A DNA stretch of 64,000 bases from Balanoglossus misakiensis (taxonomy: Eukaryota; Animalia; Hemichordata): NCBI GenBank assembly GCA_040954595.2, contig CM082576.2:6203129-6267128 (forward strand), in the 5' to 3' direction. Position numbers and translations under genes: made by a program. The notes under the pieces are model-generated. The model did no database searches, was not told the DNA's origin, and saw only the letters and a program-made list of their open reading frames with translations. Shown here piece after piece: positions 62,383 through 64,000 of the stretch. Numbering within the stretch: position 1 is the first letter of the stretch; each line of letters begins with the position of its first letter.

Positions 62383-64000
62383 CTATAGATACTCAGTTAT
62401 ATTTTCATCTTCTCTGCAATAACACAGGGGAAAGTTGCAGCATGGTTGTAACCATGGATACCACAGCAATGTGGTATATGTATACTGGAGTGGGACAACT
62501 TCACGTGCAGCTAGGTGGTCCTGCACAGCCCGTCCTACTGTCTTCACAATGTCCATGTATCGTGGGTCATCGTGTCCGAGCTGAGTTCGCTCTCCGGGGT
62601 CAGAGGTCAAGTCAAAGACCAAAGGAGGGTCATGGTGACTGACGTGTGATCCCCAACACTGGCACACAAACTCATCAAAGCATCCCTCGGTGCCTTCAGT
62701 CCAGTTTGGGGTCGTGTAGTAAACTTTGTAGGTACTTCTCCCTGTTGACGAGACGCAAGAAAATGCAGAACCATTACGACCAAACAGATGAAACCCAGAT
62801 AGAACCCTGCAGTAGTCTGTGTGCCATATATTCTCGACCACAGCAACCCCCCCCCCCCCCCCCCCCCATCTCCCCGAGTCATCCACAACCTTCCCCCAAT
62901 CGTCCAATCACAACCACGTTGAATACAAACCTTCTCTCGGTCTATATCTCACGGCATGCATGTAAATTCCGCAGTAATGAAACAGGAACTCATGCTCTGA
63001 TACACCTCTCTGTTTAGTCACCAACGGCATGAAGTCTTTGCCATCAATGACCCTGTCTGACGGCAGGGGCACCCCAGCCAGCTTCAGTACGGTCGGAAAG
63101 ACGTCCATGATGCTGGTTGGTTCTGAGACTTCGGTGTTGGCTGGTATAATCCCAGGGTACATCGCCAGAGTTGGCACTCGCAGTCCACCCTCCCACACCT
63201 GTGCTTTACCACCTGTAAATATCAAGATTACATACACCTGTCATCAACTGATTAAATCAACCTGAAAGCTTCTAATTGTACCATTTATAACAGCTTTATC
63301 CACTTTCATAGTACAGAGGCCCTTTCTCATGATGGCCAATTGAAGACATCTTATGCATACCTCTGAAGATACCATTATGGCCCCCTTCTCTCTGCCCATC
63401 GGATCCGCTCTCTTCAAGATGGCCTCCATTATCAGATGTCAGATACACAAATGTGTCCCCTGTTAGACCTAGCCTGTCCAGAGTTGACAGTATCTGGCCA
63501 ACACTCCAATCCGCTTCCTCAATATTGTCACCATAGCGACCGTGTCTACTGACTCCCGTGAACTTGGCAGATGTGAAGAGGGCAGTGTGAACTTTGACAT
63601 ACGACATGAACAATACGAACGGATCATTCTGGTTCTTTTCTATGAATTGTGTTGCTTCTTTGGTCAGCCGCAATGTTATGTTTTCAAGGACCAATGGCTG
63701 TTCAACAACATCATAGTTCCTCATCAGCACACAATTAACCACCCTGATTGCTTTTGTCAAGACGATGGGCGTTACCAAGACGACGCCGGCTGTGACGAGC
63801 AAGTAGATGAAAGCGTTCTTTCTCACAAATCCAAGTTTGAAAAGCAAACATATAAAAGAGAATGTGGCAACAGCTATGCATCCGATGTTCTCGTACAGAA
63901 CAGGGTTCCAGGCAGTGATAACACTTCGGCTCGTGTCCTCGCCGCAGTCCCTGATATTTGTCAGAGGAAGTCCGTAGAAGTAGTCAAAGCCCTGTTCTAT
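62383..64000 (-). CDS. STS: Steryl-sulfatase-like arylsulfatase (STS/ARSD/E/F/H family), 5'-partial
   Basis: Exons >64000-63361 (GFDYFYGLPLTNIRDC, two-helix hydrophobic hairpin, VHTAL, YGDNIEEADWSVG, TSDNGG), 63212-62931 (GGKAQVWEGGLRVP, IDGKD), 62741-62383 (HDPPLVFDLTSDPGE, WLQPCCNFPLCYC). The catalytic CxPSR motif is outside the window. Confidence 0.9.

Noticed and set aside
1-64000. CRISPR array, prokaryotic operon or defence system, tRNA/rRNA, autonomous transposon
   Set aside because: The sequence is spliceosomal-intron eukaryotic DNA; no repeat-spacer array, RNA gene or transposase/RT ORF was seen.

Overview
Eukaryotic, AT-rich, intron-containing genomic DNA from a bilaterian animal, probably a marine invertebrate (a deuterostome such as a hemichordate is plausible but not provable from this window). 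Seven spliced genes can be built by hand: (1) a glycoprotein-hormone receptor (TSHR/LHCGR/FSHR pro-orthologue, + strand; exon 1 was not found and probably lies upstream of the window, making the first 13.5 kb intron 1); (2) GTF2A1/TFIIA large subunit (-); (3) stonin (-); (4) LRRC41-like (-); (5,6) two tail-to-tail GALNT7/10-type GalNAc-transferases (+ and -); (7) the 3' half of a steroid-sulfatase-type arylsulfatase (-). The stonin>GTF2A1><receptor block repeats the order and orientation of the vertebrate STON2-GTF2A1-TSHR and STON1-GTF2A1L-LHCGR paralogons. Main oddities: the receptor has Thr at the TSHR S281 activation hot-spot, an altered tethered-agonist peptide and a furin-type hinge; stonin ends in a CaaX-like box; one LRRC41 junction works only as a non-canonical intron; one GALNT copy lacks an intron present in the other; and the motif-rich receptor intron 1 is followed by CTCF motifs. 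Everything was derived by eye, with no database searches. No CRISPR array, rRNA or tRNA was seen.
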